Virus record (IMG/VR): IMGVR_UViG_3300036715_002359
Span: 1-64,000 of that record
Origin: a virus
Direction: 5' to 3' (one strand)
Length of the DNA stretch: 64,000 nucleotides
Part shown: positions 8,533-18,252 of the stretch, one piece after another
Layout of the letters: each line of letters starts with the position of its first letter
Position numbering within the stretch: the stretch's first letter is position 1
Made by a program: the position numbers and the translations under genes
The notes under the pieces: generated by a model
The model's database searches: none
Told to the model about the DNA's origin: nothing
Seen by the model: only the letters and a program-made list of their open reading frames with translations

Positions 8533-9036
8533 ATGTCATTCTTTCGTGCTAGCCCTTTTAATTCTTCCAGACTACCAATGGGCCTTATGGCTGACGTGGT
8601 TTTGAAGAGTATTTTCAATTCCGACAAAAATGAAACTCTCTATACCAAAATGGTTTCTGAAGATGTAGTGTTTGCCATAATATTCCAAAATCTTTGTGAC
8701 CGTTATGGTTTTGAATGGGAATCATTGTTTCATCCTCTTCAATTACGTATGCAGTTTCTATACTCCCAGGCGGCTGGGGATGAAACTCACCTGATGCCAG
8801 TAAGTCCAGAACTGATTCGGATTCTTCTGAAAGAAATGAATCTGACTGAATTGGATTTGGTTAAAAACTGGGTAGCTTTTTCCAAAATTTTGAAATCGGA
8901 AGGTATCTCTATCGGTACCCCTCCAGATCAAAGTCCAAGAAATTTGCAACGCCTGAGTTTCAAAGACCTAAAAAGTGTCTATGATGAACGCAGGACAATA
9001 GTAGTTCAACCACAGGAGATTCACGCTCATGACTGA
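8533..9036 (+). CDS. Hypothetical protein
   Basis: CCCACAGGA RBS; first of three linked genes. Confidence 0.7.
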   Translation: MSFFRASPFNSSRLPMGLMADVVLKSIFNSDKNETLYTKMVSEDVVFAIIFQNLCDRYGFEWESLFHPLQLRMQFLYSQAAGDETHLMPVSPELIRILLKEMNLTELDLVKNWVAFSKILKSEGISIGTPPDQSPRNLQRLSFKDLKSVYDERRTIVVQPQEIHAHD

Positions 9037-9388
9037 AATTTTCGCTTCCGCTGACCACATCCTCGTAACTGCAATCAAACAGACTCGCCGCAGTTTGAAC
9101 TTCACAATCCTCGGCTTGTCACACGCAACAAAAATACCAGAATCGACATTGGCTGTTATCGAAGCTGGTGAAACCCGTAACTTTGATCCAGTTAAACTAG
9201 AACGTATTTCCCTTGCGTTCAACATGGAAACTAAGGCATTATTGGGCAAATCAATTGCATTCACCAAATACCTAGAAGAACTGGGTGTCCACATCGGTGT
9301 CGCAAAAGATCCAAAATGTGTTCAACTTGATGTCAATGATCTGGTGATGCTACACGAAAAGTACGCTGCTCACTCTCAACCGGCATAA
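9029..9388 (+). CDS. XRE-family helix-turn-helix protein
   Basis: IK--R------T---LS--T-I--S-L--IE-G pattern. Confidence 0.75.
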   Translation: MTEIFASADHILVTAIKQTRRSLNFTILGLSHATKIPESTLAVIEAGETRNFDPVKLERISLAFNMETKALLGKSIAFTKYLEELGVHIGVAKDPKCVQLDVNDLVMLHEKYAAHSQPA

Positions 9389-9442
9389 TAATAACGACCC
9401 GCTTTCATAGGGGTCGGATTCACTCACAGGAGATTTCTTAGT

Positions 9443-9865
9443 ATGGAAAACAAAAAAGTAATGCTGGACAACATCATTGGCACTGTTGTTCGGAAGATTC
9501 GTCAAAACAAAAATATGACTCATGAAGAATTATCCGAGAAAAGTAAATTGGCTATTGTGTTCATTCCGATGATAGAAGAAGGTCGCTTTGCAATGGATCG
9601 GGTTTCCTCTATCAAAGTAGCAGAAGGTCTCGGGCTGAGCTATCTCCAGTTTACCAATATTGTCGAACAATTCTCCATCTACTTTCAAGAAGAGGGTTTT
9701 GAAATTTTGCGACAACACTTGGTTCGTAATCCGATCACAGCTGAAACTGTGCATATGCATTTTTTCACTTTTCTACGGCATCTGTCAACTCGGGACACGT
9801 ATCCAGGTCTTTTGGCATTGAAAGCCATAGGCAAGATGGAAGAAGGATTTGCTTTAGCAGCATAA
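9443..9865 (+). CDS. XRE-family helix-turn-helix protein
   Basis: IG--VRKIR----MT-EELSEKS------I--IE-G pattern. Confidence 0.8.
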   Translation: MENKKVMLDNIIGTVVRKIRQNKNMTHEELSEKSKLAIVFIPMIEEGRFAMDRVSSIKVAEGLGLSYLQFTNIVEQFSIYFQEEGFEILRQHLVRNPITAETVHMHFFTFLRHLSTRDTYPGLLALKAIGKMEEGFALAA

Positions 9866-9897
9866 AAAAAGCCCCGTATTTCAGGGGCTTTATTTTT
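9864..9897. terminator. Bidirectional terminator
   Basis: AAAAAAAGCCCC...GGGGCTTTATTTTT. Confidence 0.8.
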
Positions 9898-12535
9898 AGA
9901 TTACTAAGTACACATCTAAGTAGTTCAGAATCTTCGGTTGTAATGTTTGGATACGTAATGTAACACGATCTTTATTTACTGGATTTTGTTCCAGAGTATC
10001 GATTGTGTAACCCAACAGAGGAGCACCAATACGTGGTAATTTCTTACTCATCAACAACAGAGCACTTGCGTCAACTGTTTGATGAATAACTCCAAGTGTT
10101 TCTGGAGTGATGTTCCACTTACCAATAAATGGTGAAAGTTTATCACGGAAGTAGTATGACAAGAAATCCCAGTTTTTAACAGCTTGAAGTTCACGGTATT
10201 CGTAAACACTCATATCTGTGGTCAACTCATGACGGACGTAAGGAATACCACCGCTTGTCTCTTGAACAAACAACAGAGTTCCTGCTTCAGCTATAGTATC
10301 TAACTGAGCACGAGTAAAGTAGAAATTAGAATCTTTCAGATCACTAATTCCAGCAATACCAATATTTGTAAATCCTTGTTGTGCAGGGAATCCAGCAGTT
10401 AAACCTGCCAAGGCTGCACAGAGGTAATAACCTGGTTGAACCACATTACGACCACCTATGTTTACAACAACCAAATCAGGCTGCACGTGGCAGATACGGT
10501 TTGATCCAAGTGTGTTACTAGTAGCAGCTACCGCAGCAGCTTTTTGAGTTTTGCTCAATGTACGACTAACGTAGAAGTTAACACCAGTAGCAACTCCAAG
10601 AGCTTGAACAACGATTTGTTGATTCGAAACAATGCTCAGAATTTGCATGCTACCAATTGGACTTGGTGAACCCGAACCTGCTGTTACTACCAATGTATCT
10701 CCGGCTACAACACCATCAGAAATGAATGTCGAATTTGAAGAAGTAAGAACATAACTACCAGTATTTAAAGCAATGGTGTTATTTCCGCTATTGGAGTTAA
10801 CTAGAGTAGCGTTCCATGAACCGATAGCAACTGTCGATGGGATAGCTGTATTAACGTAACCTACACGCCATGATGCATTAGCAGGGGTAGACAACCCATT
10901 TACATGGATATTAATAGCTTGAGCAACTGACACACTTTGTGTCAAAGGGGCTAAAGCATACAGACGTTCACCTTCAGCTAAAGCCAAAGCAGCAAAATAT
11001 CCAGTATCGTCATTAGACGAAACGGCAATTGCACGAACACGAGTTGTTGTATTTGCCAAAGCAATTTCAACACCTAGAGCCAGTGGATTCATTTCTGAAA
11101 CATCACCGAAAGTTCCCAGATTATCAGCTTGGTCTGTAATAGCCATAACTGTTCCGCTCAGATCTGTACGTAAAGCACGATATCCGATGTAGATAGATCC
11201 GGAGATCAACTTACCGTAGATAATTTCTGGTCCTGCATTCAGAGTAATTGTTCCATCAATAGCCGTATTTGTAGTTACGTAGTTAGTTCCACCAGAGATT
11301 GGTTTAGTAACTGGAATCAATTGGTTATTAAACAGTTTACGTGTTTTAAAAGCTACGGTTGCACGTTTTTGAATAGCCACAGGTCCGGTAACAGTAGTAA
11401 CAGTAGCTGGGCTTAAACCAGTAACAACTGCACCTGTTAAAGTACCAATAACAGCTTCGTGATCAGCACCACCAACACCAGCACCTTTGATAAGGATAGT
11501 GTCACCAGTTGCAAAACCTGTTGCCGAAGTAAAGGTGAATCCTACAGCACCAGCAGTAATGCTAGCGGTAGAAGTAGACGCAACTTGAACACCAACTGGA
11601 AGAACGTCAGCCAAAGTGATATTTGTAACGTTTCCAGTTGCTGAATTAATACCAATCACTGTAGTGTTAAAACTATGAGCAACAGCACCAGTATCTGTGT
11701 AGTTAACACAAACTTGATCACCTGCTTCAATCAACAGAGTTGAAGTAGTACTGGAAACATTGTTTAACGAAATCTTAGACATAACTGCACCAACGATAGC
11801 TATCGTAGCAGCTGTATCCAAAGTGAAAGTTGTTCCACTGATGTTTGTGATTCTAGCTACCAAATTAGCAGCAGCAACACCAGCACCAGTAATGGATACT
11901 ATATCCCCTTGCACATACAGATTAGCATTAGTAACGTTGATTATCACCGCTGAACTAACACTAGTGGTACATACCCCTGAGGCAGCTGAATAAGTTAATG
12001 CATTCGAACCAACATAACCGTTGAAACCAGCCGAAACTGTTTCTACTTTTGCATTGTTAGCATAAACTTTGATTGAACTTGAATCAATGACTTGACCAGG
12101 AACTTGACCTGGTAAATTGTAAACATTGTTAACTAATGGATTAGTAAGAATACCTTGTTTACTAACAACGGAACTAGTTACAGTGATTCCAGCTGGAGTG
12201 TCTAAAGTTAAAACACTACCAAGGGCTCCTGTGACAGTAGCTGTTAATGCACCACCACTAACATCAGCACCGGCGATCAAAATTTTATCACCGACGACGA
12301 AAGGGGGAATTGTATCAAAAGTTAAAGTATAACTACCAATAGCTATTGAACCATTGGCTGAAGCTGCACTAGTGGCTGCAGTTTTAATCAAAGCAGCTGT
12401 ATTACCAGCAACGTACGTCAATACGTTATATGCTGGTCCGATAATGCAAGCTTCCAGATCTGGAGTAGTATCCGCAACTCCGCCTGCATTTTCCAGTTCC
12501 TGGTACACTTGTACACTTGGGACTATATATGACAT
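9896..12535 (-). CDS. Tail sheath protein
   Basis: P-V-VYQE N-terminus; C-terminal CAALAGL-AG, RHELTT and Y-EL--VKNWDF sheath motifs; large insertion domains. Confidence 0.85.
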   Translation of the reverse strand: MSYIVPSVQVYQELENAGGVADTTPDLEACIIGPAYNVLTYVAGNTAALIKTAATSAASANGSIAIGSYTLTFDTIPPFVVGDKILIAGADVSGGALTATVTGALGSVLTLDTPAGITVTSSVVSKQGILTNPLVNNVYNLPGQVPGQVIDSSSIKVYANNAKVETVSAGFNGYVGSNALTYSAASGVCTTSVSSAVIINVTNANLYVQGDIVSITGAGVAAANLVARITNISGTTFTLDTAATIAIVGAVMSKISLNNVSSTTSTLLIEAGDQVCVNYTDTGAVAHSFNTTVIGINSATGNVTNITLADVLPVGVQVASTSTASITAGAVGFTFTSATGFATGDTILIKGAGVGGADHEAVIGTLTGAVVTGLSPATVTTVTGPVAIQKRATVAFKTRKLFNNQLIPVTKPISGGTNYVTTNTAIDGTITLNAGPEIIYGKLISGSIYIGYRALRTDLSGTVMAITDQADNLGTFGDVSEMNPLALGVEIALANTTTRVRAIAVSSNDDTGYFAALALAEGERLYALAPLTQSVSVAQAINIHVNGLSTPANASWRVGYVNTAIPSTVAIGSWNATLVNSNSGNNTIALNTGSYVLTSSNSTFISDGVVAGDTLVVTAGSGSPSPIGSMQILSIVSNQQIVVQALGVATGVNFYVSRTLSKTQKAAAVAATSNTLGSNRICHVQPDLVVVNIGGRNVVQPGYYLCAALAGLTAGFPAQQGFTNIGIAGISDLKDSNFYFTRAQLDTIAEAGTLLFVQETSGGIPYVRHELTTDMSVYEYRELQAVKNWDFLSYYFRDKLSPFIGKWNITPETLGVIHQTVDASALLLMSKKLPRIGAPLLGYTIDTLEQNPVNKDRVTLRIQTLQPKILNYLDVYLVI

Positions 12536-12745
12536 TTATTAATGCTCCTAATTTTATGAATCTTAATTTTTATTTGCCTCTCGCTATTTGCGCTAGGTCG
12601 AATTTGATACCGATAGATAAATCTATCATAAGCTTATTTTAACAGCCAAACAGAAATTTAAGTTGAATTCATAGGATTATATTATTTTGGTATAATAAAG
12701 GTATATAAGCAGTTAATACTGATATTAATTTACCTTGGAGAAATC

Positions 12746-13171
12746 ATGTTGGAATTCTTATTTTTTATACTCACATTCGGTGGTGGGGGTTATGCAGGTT
12801 ATTTGTATTCACATAAAATAGCTCCTTTAAGAGAAAATTCAAAGAGGAGTTTGGAAAATATAGACTTAAACTCTTGGCTAAAAAATGCAATGGATAATAT
12901 TGTTCCAACGATCAGGGAAGGAGATATTCCTAATTTTGGTAAAAGTATGATATCTCTAGAAATGTTACCTATTTTTGGATACTATCTTTTCAATGTCTTT
13001 ATAGTTTATCTGTGTGCTTGGTTTGGAGCGACTTTTACGGCCATTATGGTTTTAGCAGCAGGTACTTGGTTAATGAATTTGGAATTGAACGAATACCAAA
13101 GAAGGCATAAGATCTTCTGGGATGCACTAGCAGATGCAGCCCGAAGAGTAGTTGAAAAATCAACTAATTGA
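12746..13171 (+). CDS. Membrane protein
   Basis: Hydrophobic segments; GGAG RBS; promoter variant TTGGTATAAT 12687-12696. Confidence 0.7.
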   Translation: MLEFLFFILTFGGGGYAGYLYSHKIAPLRENSKRSLENIDLNSWLKNAMDNIVPTIREGDIPNFGKSMISLEMLPIFGYYLFNVFIVYLCAWFGATFTAIMVLAAGTWLMNLELNEYQRRHKIFWDALADAARRVVEKSTN

Positions 13172-13248
13172 CCTCGTTTTTGGTATAAGTATAGTATACA
13201 AGAAAAGGGTATAATCCATTTGTATTATAAATAACCTACGAGGGAATC

Positions 13249-13671
13249 ATGAACACAAGCATAGTTTTGAACTCAGTAAACGTTTTGGAATTAGTTGGTT
13301 TGTACCAAACGGTCTTTAATAAACTCCCAGACGCAGAGGGCCTGCAGTATTGGGCCGGCCGTATGGACCAAGGTATGACTCTTCCGCAAGTTGCCCAGAG
13401 CTTTCTAGACAATCCAGTTTGGGTCGCCGCACATCCAACTCCTGCAACACAACCAACCATGTTGACCGATATTCTGGCTCAACAAAATGCATTCACCAAT
13501 GAATTCCTTGGTAATGCATTCCATGGCACCATTACAGTGAACCCACAATTCGTGGATCACTGGACAATTATGTACTTGGACACAGTACCAAAAGCTGAAG
13601 CGGCAGCGTCAATTGCAATTCAGCTGGTAGGTGTCCCCCATAAATTCGCATCTTGGGAAATACATATCTAA
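13249..13671 (+). CDS. DUF4214-like (S-layer-associated) domain protein
   Basis: LYQ-VF---PD-EGL-YW-------TL-QVAQSF pattern; promoter 13180-13189. Confidence 0.7.
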   Translation: MNTSIVLNSVNVLELVGLYQTVFNKLPDAEGLQYWAGRMDQGMTLPQVAQSFLDNPVWVAAHPTPATQPTMLTDILAQQNAFTNEFLGNAFHGTITVNPQFVDHWTIMYLDTVPKAEAAASIAIQLVGVPHKFASWEIHI

Positions 13672-13706
13672 AAAGAAAAGCCCAGTAGTTCTGGGCTTTT
13701 TTTAGA

Positions 13707-14282
13707 TTAATTAACTGTAAGAAAGAAATCTTTTAATTTCATTGAGTCTTGTCTAACTACCCAATCTTCTTCCATCATATAAGGAATACTAATCACAATT
13801 TTAAACTTCTCAACGTTTTCTTTATCAGGCTGACATTCACTTACTTCCATAGGAATACCAAATTCTTTAAAGTTTTGACTACTACATAGGAAAGGGACAG
13901 ACCAAATCAAAAAATGAGATACCATATCAGCTATTAATTCACAAGTACCTTCTTTAGCAGCTTCAATAGTTATTCTAGCTTGACCGGTAATAAATACTAA
14001 ATTGGTTCTATTCGACTGACCTTTGTTAGCGTAAATACCGTTACTTTCAGCAAGGTTATCTGATATACCAGTTTTGCCGATTCTAAAGCTACCTCTATTT
14101 ATTAGTATACGTGGGTTTGTTTCTGTACTAATAGTGTTATAGTTATTTTCTGAATCTATTTCTATGGTGCGAATCTTTTCATCTTCGTCCCATACAAGTC
14201 CACTTTCTTTAGCGTAGTTCTCAAAGAAATAACGTAAAGGCTCAATAATTAATGAGCTTACAAGTAATGGGGAAAATCTCAT
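13707..14282 (-). CDS. Putative tail completion/terminator protein
   Basis: Size, PRILI-RG motif and position downstream of neck genes. Confidence 0.45.
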   Translation of the reverse strand: MRFSPLLVSSLIIEPLRYFFENYAKESGLVWDEDEKIRTIEIDSENNYNTISTETNPRILINRGSFRIGKTGISDNLAESNGIYANKGQSNRTNLVFITGQARITIEAAKEGTCELIADMVSHFLIWSVPFLCSSQNFKEFGIPMEVSECQPDKENVEKFKIVISIPYMMEEDWVVRQDSMKLKDFFLTVN

Positions 14283-14461
14283 TATTTTCTACCTTTTTGT
14301 TTGTGTTGTTTAGAATTGTATTGACGATTAAAACTACGAACAGTTTCTACATGTCCGCTGATATCAGCGACTGTTCCTACTAAATCATCCCCCTGGGTAG
14401 ACACAACTCTATGAGCCATTCTGATCTTTCTATATGCTACTTTTTCTAAGTATTTGTTCAT
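14282..14461 (-). CDS. 59-aa protein starting MNKYLEKVA (not in ORF track)
   Basis: Coupled by ATGA and TAATG overlaps to both neighbours; carries the shared head-protein motif. Confidence 0.75.
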   Translation of the reverse strand: MNKYLEKVAYRKIRMAHRVVSTQGDDLVGTVADISGHVETVRSFNRQYNSKQHKQKGRK

Positions 14462-15360
14462 AGATACTGTATCGGGAAATCTGGTAAATTTTTTGTTACT
14501 AATTGGTTTTCTATATCGTTCTTACTTAGTTGTGTTAATTTTAAAACCTGTCTAACAGTATTTGTTTGAAGAACAGTAGGGGTCATACCCTCAACTCTAT
14601 ACACATCCCAAGTACCAGTTTGAACAACTATATCATCTGGACGAATCTCTGGCAATGAAATAGTCCAACCGGTTATTTGACTAGGTTCAAATACTCCAAA
14701 ATAGGTCTTTAGATTTGAGTTAGGGTTAGTATCATAATTGATGAAACAAGGTGCTCCATCAAAATACCCACCTTTAAATCCAGTACCTATGCAAGTAGAA
14801 CAATGATCTTTCATTATCTTCTCTAAACGATTATCCCAGCATTCCGGACATCTTTGTCCATAAGTTTTACGACGAAATATGTAAGATCTAGTTCCATTAA
14901 ATTTACTCAAGAGCACATATTCTCGACGTTGAATTTCTATACTACGTAACTCCACAAATCTATGTTGATCAGAAGACCAACTGGTTACTTTAGACTTGAT
15001 GGAGACATTACCTTTATCCAGTAAGATGGCTTCAATTACATAAAAGCCCCTATTGAACTTACGATATTCTTGAGTACCAGTATCTATTAAAAAAGTACCT
15101 GTTACTGGTTGTGAAGTTAATTTTTGGAAATCACCATCTTCTACCTGAGAGAAGTAAACATTAAATTCACAGTTTCCCCAATCAGCTGGAATAGCCCATT
15201 CGACAGATACCTGTTTATACCAACGGGGATAAATCTTAACCTGTATATTTTCTGAGAAATTATTAGTCGCCAAAAAGGCTGACGAACGATTTTCATCAGA
15301 GTGGTTGTACACAGAATTCTGTGACAGGAAACCAAAGTTAAGGGCGAAGTTAAATGACAT
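14458..15360 (-). CDS. Putative neck/head-closure protein with Zn-finger
   Basis: FN3-like N-terminus; C-P-E-C...C-S-T-C-GTG; C-terminal D-IV...Y-V pattern. Confidence 0.55.
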   Translation of the reverse strand: MSFNFALNFGFLSQNSVYNHSDENRSSAFLATNNFSENIQVKIYPRWYKQVSVEWAIPADWGNCEFNVYFSQVEDGDFQKLTSQPVTGTFLIDTGTQEYRKFNRGFYVIEAILLDKGNVSIKSKVTSWSSDQHRFVELRSIEIQRREYVLLSKFNGTRSYIFRRKTYGQRCPECWDNRLEKIMKDHCSTCIGTGFKGGYFDGAPCFINYDTNPNSNLKTYFGVFEPSQITGWTISLPEIRPDDIVVQTGTWDVYRVEGMTPTVLQTNTVRQVLKLTQLSKNDIENQLVTKNLPDFPIQYL

Positions 15361-15428
15361 GCTTTATTTTAGTGGTAATAAAAAATCCAGGACAAGCCTG
15401 GATTGAAGTTAAAGAAGAGTGGCTGATT

Positions 15429-15438
15429 TTGGTATAAG
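15429..15438 (+). promoter_or_regulatory. TTGGTATAAG promoter with no convincing downstream ORF
   Basis: Perfect motif followed by structured sequence and a terminator. Confidence 0.7.
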
Positions 15439-15444
15439 TATAGT

Positions 15445-15634
15445 ACTAAAGCACATAACAATTAACTTTACCAGGTCACCCCTGCTCACATTCGGTTTTC
15501 CCCTAGGTACAAAGTAGTCATTCATATTGTTTGTTGAAGTCCCAATCTTCAACAGACATCTCCTGTGGGAATGGCTAGTAATCTTTGTACTTTTCGACCG
15601 AGTGAGTGTGTGTTCCTCCTCGGTCTTTTTTTTT
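15445..15634 (+). ncRNA. Candidate phage small regulatory RNA (~190 nt)
   Basis: Own promoter; nested stems 15507-14/15583-90, 15515-23/15569-77, 15528-39/15547-58; terminator 15596-602/15619-25 plus T9. Confidence 0.7.
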
Positions 15635-15638
15635 GTAA

Positions 15639-16073
15639 TTACCAAATAGGAAAGTAAGCTGCATCTCCACCAAGCCCGCCCCAACCAGATTCCATATTCG
15701 TTTGAATTTTTAAAGCACGAGCTTGGGAATCAAAGTTAGCATGATACCCAGCGGCTAAATTTTTATATAACTCAAAGCGTTCTTCAATAGGAATTTGAAG
15801 GCCACCATCAGAATAGTTCATGGTATTACGAGCTAGAAGAGCTGCCTTGCCTTCATACATCTGCCATAAAGTACCCCATAATAAAATACTCTTAGAAGGA
15901 AAGTTATCAGGACTTAATCTCGAAACTGGGGTCATGTTATTGTAAACGTCAACTCCAAGTCCGATACACATTTTGATAAAAGTGTTAGTCATCTCCTCAC
16001 CATCGATGAGGTAATTGTTCGGAGTATAATCGCTTATGAATTCACGAACTTCGTCAACAGTGAGGATTGCCAT
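15639..16073 (-). CDS. Putative head-tail adaptor (neck) protein
   Basis: Helical adaptor-like pattern ending in YSDGGL; structural context. Confidence 0.5.
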   Translation of the reverse strand: MAILTVDEVREFISDYTPNNYLIDGEEMTNTFIKMCIGLGVDVYNNMTPVSRLSPDNFPSKSILLWGTLWQMYEGKAALLARNTMNYSDGGLQIPIEERFELYKNLAAGYHANFDSQARALKIQTNMESGWGGLGGDAAYFPIW

Positions 16074-16075
16074 AA

Positions 16076-16474
16076 TTATTTAGCTTTTTTAGATTTTGTT
16101 GCTGATGCTTCTGGGTCTTCTACGACTGGGGTTGAGTTAACACCTTGTTCACCTTGACCAAGAGCAGTACTAGTAGCTCCTGAACTTGGACTTACTTCGG
16201 GCTCAATCAATTTAGAAGCTTGTAGTTCATCAGCAGACATACCGGAGTAAGGAGTGGTTACTTCAATTTCTACTTCTGGAACAATTGTAGGAACACCCTC
16301 AGGTTTGATGTCAGTGATACGAGCCCAGTTTCGGCCAAGAGCCCATTCAATTGTTTGTTCGGTTTTATCATTTTCACTGATAGGAGCAAATCCTCCAGCT
16401 GGGATATCCATATATCCTGTTTTCAGTACTAGGTTAGTAGCTGTAAGATTTACGATGTAATTTTGAGTTGTCAT
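16076..16474 (-). CDS. Hypothetical virion-associated protein
   Basis: ORF in late operon. Confidence 0.65.
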   Translation of the reverse strand: MTTQNYIVNLTATNLVLKTGYMDIPAGGFAPISENDKTEQTIEWALGRNWARITDIKPEGVPTIVPEVEIEVTTPYSGMSADELQASKLIEPEVSPSSGATSTALGQGEQGVNSTPVVEDPEASATKSKKAK

Positions 16475-16518
16475 TTTATATTAAGGTTAGGTTAGATCCC
16501 AATTGGGAATACCTGAGT

Positions 16519-16848
16519 TTACTTCTTTTCGTATTGTTTGTCAATTCTAGCTAGGATTTTATTATCTTTATGTTGATGATACTTATGTAGTCCCAGGAAT
16601 CCAGCTGTGGTAGCTGTAGCAACGCCTAGACCTGTTTTAACTCTAGTTTGAGTTGAACGACCTCTAGCTACATTAGCAAGGCGATCAGTCTTAGTGAGAG
16701 CTCTTTGTTCAATACCTTTGACTCTCATTTCTTTAGCCAGGTGAACGCCATCAGTCATACTTTTTAATTTACGAGCAGAATGACCTATGAGTCTATCCCC
16801 ATATTTTTCAACTTTGGATAGAATTTGGTTAGAGGTAAAGATTGGCAT
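16519..16848 (-). CDS. Basic protein with Gly/Ala hydrophobic segment (internal head protein-like)
   Basis: Composition resembles the 23867-25500 proteins. Confidence 0.6.
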   Translation of the reverse strand: MPIFTSNQILSKVEKYGDRLIGHSARKLKSMTDGVHLAKEMRVKGIEQRALTKTDRLANVARGRSTQTRVKTGLGVATATTAGFLGLHKYHQHKDNKILARIDKQYEKK

Positions 16849-16898
16849 AGTTTATGTCTTTTCGTTAGATAATACCTATTTTAACAAATCACAAAAAC

Positions 16899-16908
16899 TT
16901 GGTATAAG
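16899..16908 (+). promoter_or_regulatory. TTGGTATAAG putative early promoter
   Basis: Heads the 16947-20820 operon. Confidence 0.7.
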
Positions 16909-16946
16909 GAATGGTAGCACAATCTTATCTAATTTAGGAGAAAAGA

Positions 16947-17198
16947 ATGCCAGGACCAACTAAACCAAAATGGCCGTACAAAGAAAATATGGTTTCAGTA
17001 GAAATCACCACCAGTAGAGGATTAACGTTTACTGGGTATTTGCATCGTGGTAACCATAACACGTTAATCATGGGTTGGCTCAAAGGTCATGCAGTTCTTC
17101 CACTGCTAAATTTTGACGAGTCACCTGCTTACTTTTTAGGTATAGATCTCGGTACCACCGCTGCAGTTCGTTTATTTAACTTGGTGAAACCATCATGA
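16947..17198 (+). CDS. Hypothetical protein
   Basis: AGGAG RBS; ATGA overlap with next gene. Confidence 0.7.
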   Translation: MPGPTKPKWPYKENMVSVEITTSRGLTFTGYLHRGNHNTLIMGWLKGHAVLPLLNFDESPAYFLGIDLGTTAAVRLFNLVKPS

Positions 17199-17734
17199 TT
17201 GTTACCAAAGTAGAAAGTGATTTACTCACCTTGGAAAAAGGTATTCTTGTACATGGCTGTAACTGTATGGGTATAATGGGTGGTGGCATTGCTTGGAGCA
17301 TTCGTGAAAAGTGGCCTGGTGTTTTTGCTGCTTACTCCAATCATGAAGCTGCAGTAGGTCTGCATCTTGGCGACATAGTTGCTGTTTCCAAACATGGTGT
17401 TGTTACTCAAACTGATTCAGAAGGTAAAATTTTCACCGCTGATACTGAATATAGAGATAACAATCTACCTCCAGAGTTAATCGTAGTAAATGCAATGACT
17501 CAATTTAATTTTGGGGGAAATACGGACGTTATCTACGTAGACTACGATGCTATCTCTGCCTGCTTTGCAAGGGTCAAAATTTTAGCCAGACAAAGTGGCT
17601 TAGCAGTACACTTCCCTCTCATTGGCTGCGGCTTAGCGAATGGAGATTGGGAAGAAGTTTCAAACCGGATAGAACAAGCATTAGGTCCGGATATCAAAAC
17701 CCAATTGTGGTTATTACCTCCAACCTCGAAATAA
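17195..17734 (+). CDS. Macrodomain protein (ADP-ribose processing)
   Basis: HGCNCMGIMGGGIA, NAMTQ and FPLIGCGLANGDW motifs. Confidence 0.9.
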   Translation: MIVTKVESDLLTLEKGILVHGCNCMGIMGGGIAWSIREKWPGVFAAYSNHEAAVGLHLGDIVAVSKHGVVTQTDSEGKIFTADTEYRDNNLPPELIVVNAMTQFNFGGNTDVIYVDYDAISACFARVKILARQSGLAVHFPLIGCGLANGDWEEVSNRIEQALGPDIKTQLWLLPPTSK

Positions 17735-17745
17735 GAAAGTATTAA

Positions 17746-18246
17746 ATGAATCACAAACAAGTCACTAACATCATTTCCGCCCATGGTTTTCTTTTGCCTA
17801 ATGGCCAGTTTCAACTGCATAAACCAATGAAGGTTTTTAAGAAGGTTTATTCCACCGACCATAATAATCGAGTAACTGCTAAGGCTATTGCAAATCTTAT
17901 CCTTCCGGTAGGAGCGATTATTAATCCTCCACAAGGTAATAGTAATAAATGCCGTGCTAGTGAAGCATTCTGTTGGTCTATTGTTGAAATTAAAAAGCAT
18001 ACCCAATTGACAATGGCATCTTCTGGTCATACTGCTAATTTTAAATATCGTTCTGCCAGAGCTTTGGGTATGGATATTAAAACGTTGTTTACTGTTAATC
18101 CTCGAACAATTAATGCATATCCAATCCATATTGCTAGTATGTTACATCAAGTAATGTGCAAACCTGATGCCTTTAGCTATCATCGTCGTGAATGTGATCC
18201 TGGCATTCATTTCTTTGTTGAACACACTGATGCAATTGCCTGGTAA
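17746..18246 (+). CDS. Hypothetical protein (DUF5758-like)
   Basis: FKK...IA-L--P--A...KCRAS-A...C-PGIHFF. Confidence 0.7.
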   Translation: MNHKQVTNIISAHGFLLPNGQFQLHKPMKVFKKVYSTDHNNRVTAKAIANLILPVGAIINPPQGNSNKCRASEAFCWSIVEIKKHTQLTMASSGHTANFKYRSARALGMDIKTLFTVNPRTINAYPIHIASMLHQVMCKPDAFSYHRRECDPGIHFFVEHTDAIAW

Positions 18247-18252
18247 TTAAAT

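Noticed and set aside
15409-15684. 91-aa minus-strand ORF across the candidate sRNA
   Set aside because: It starts inside the neck gene in another frame, crosses a terminator, has no RBS and has a non-protein-like composition.
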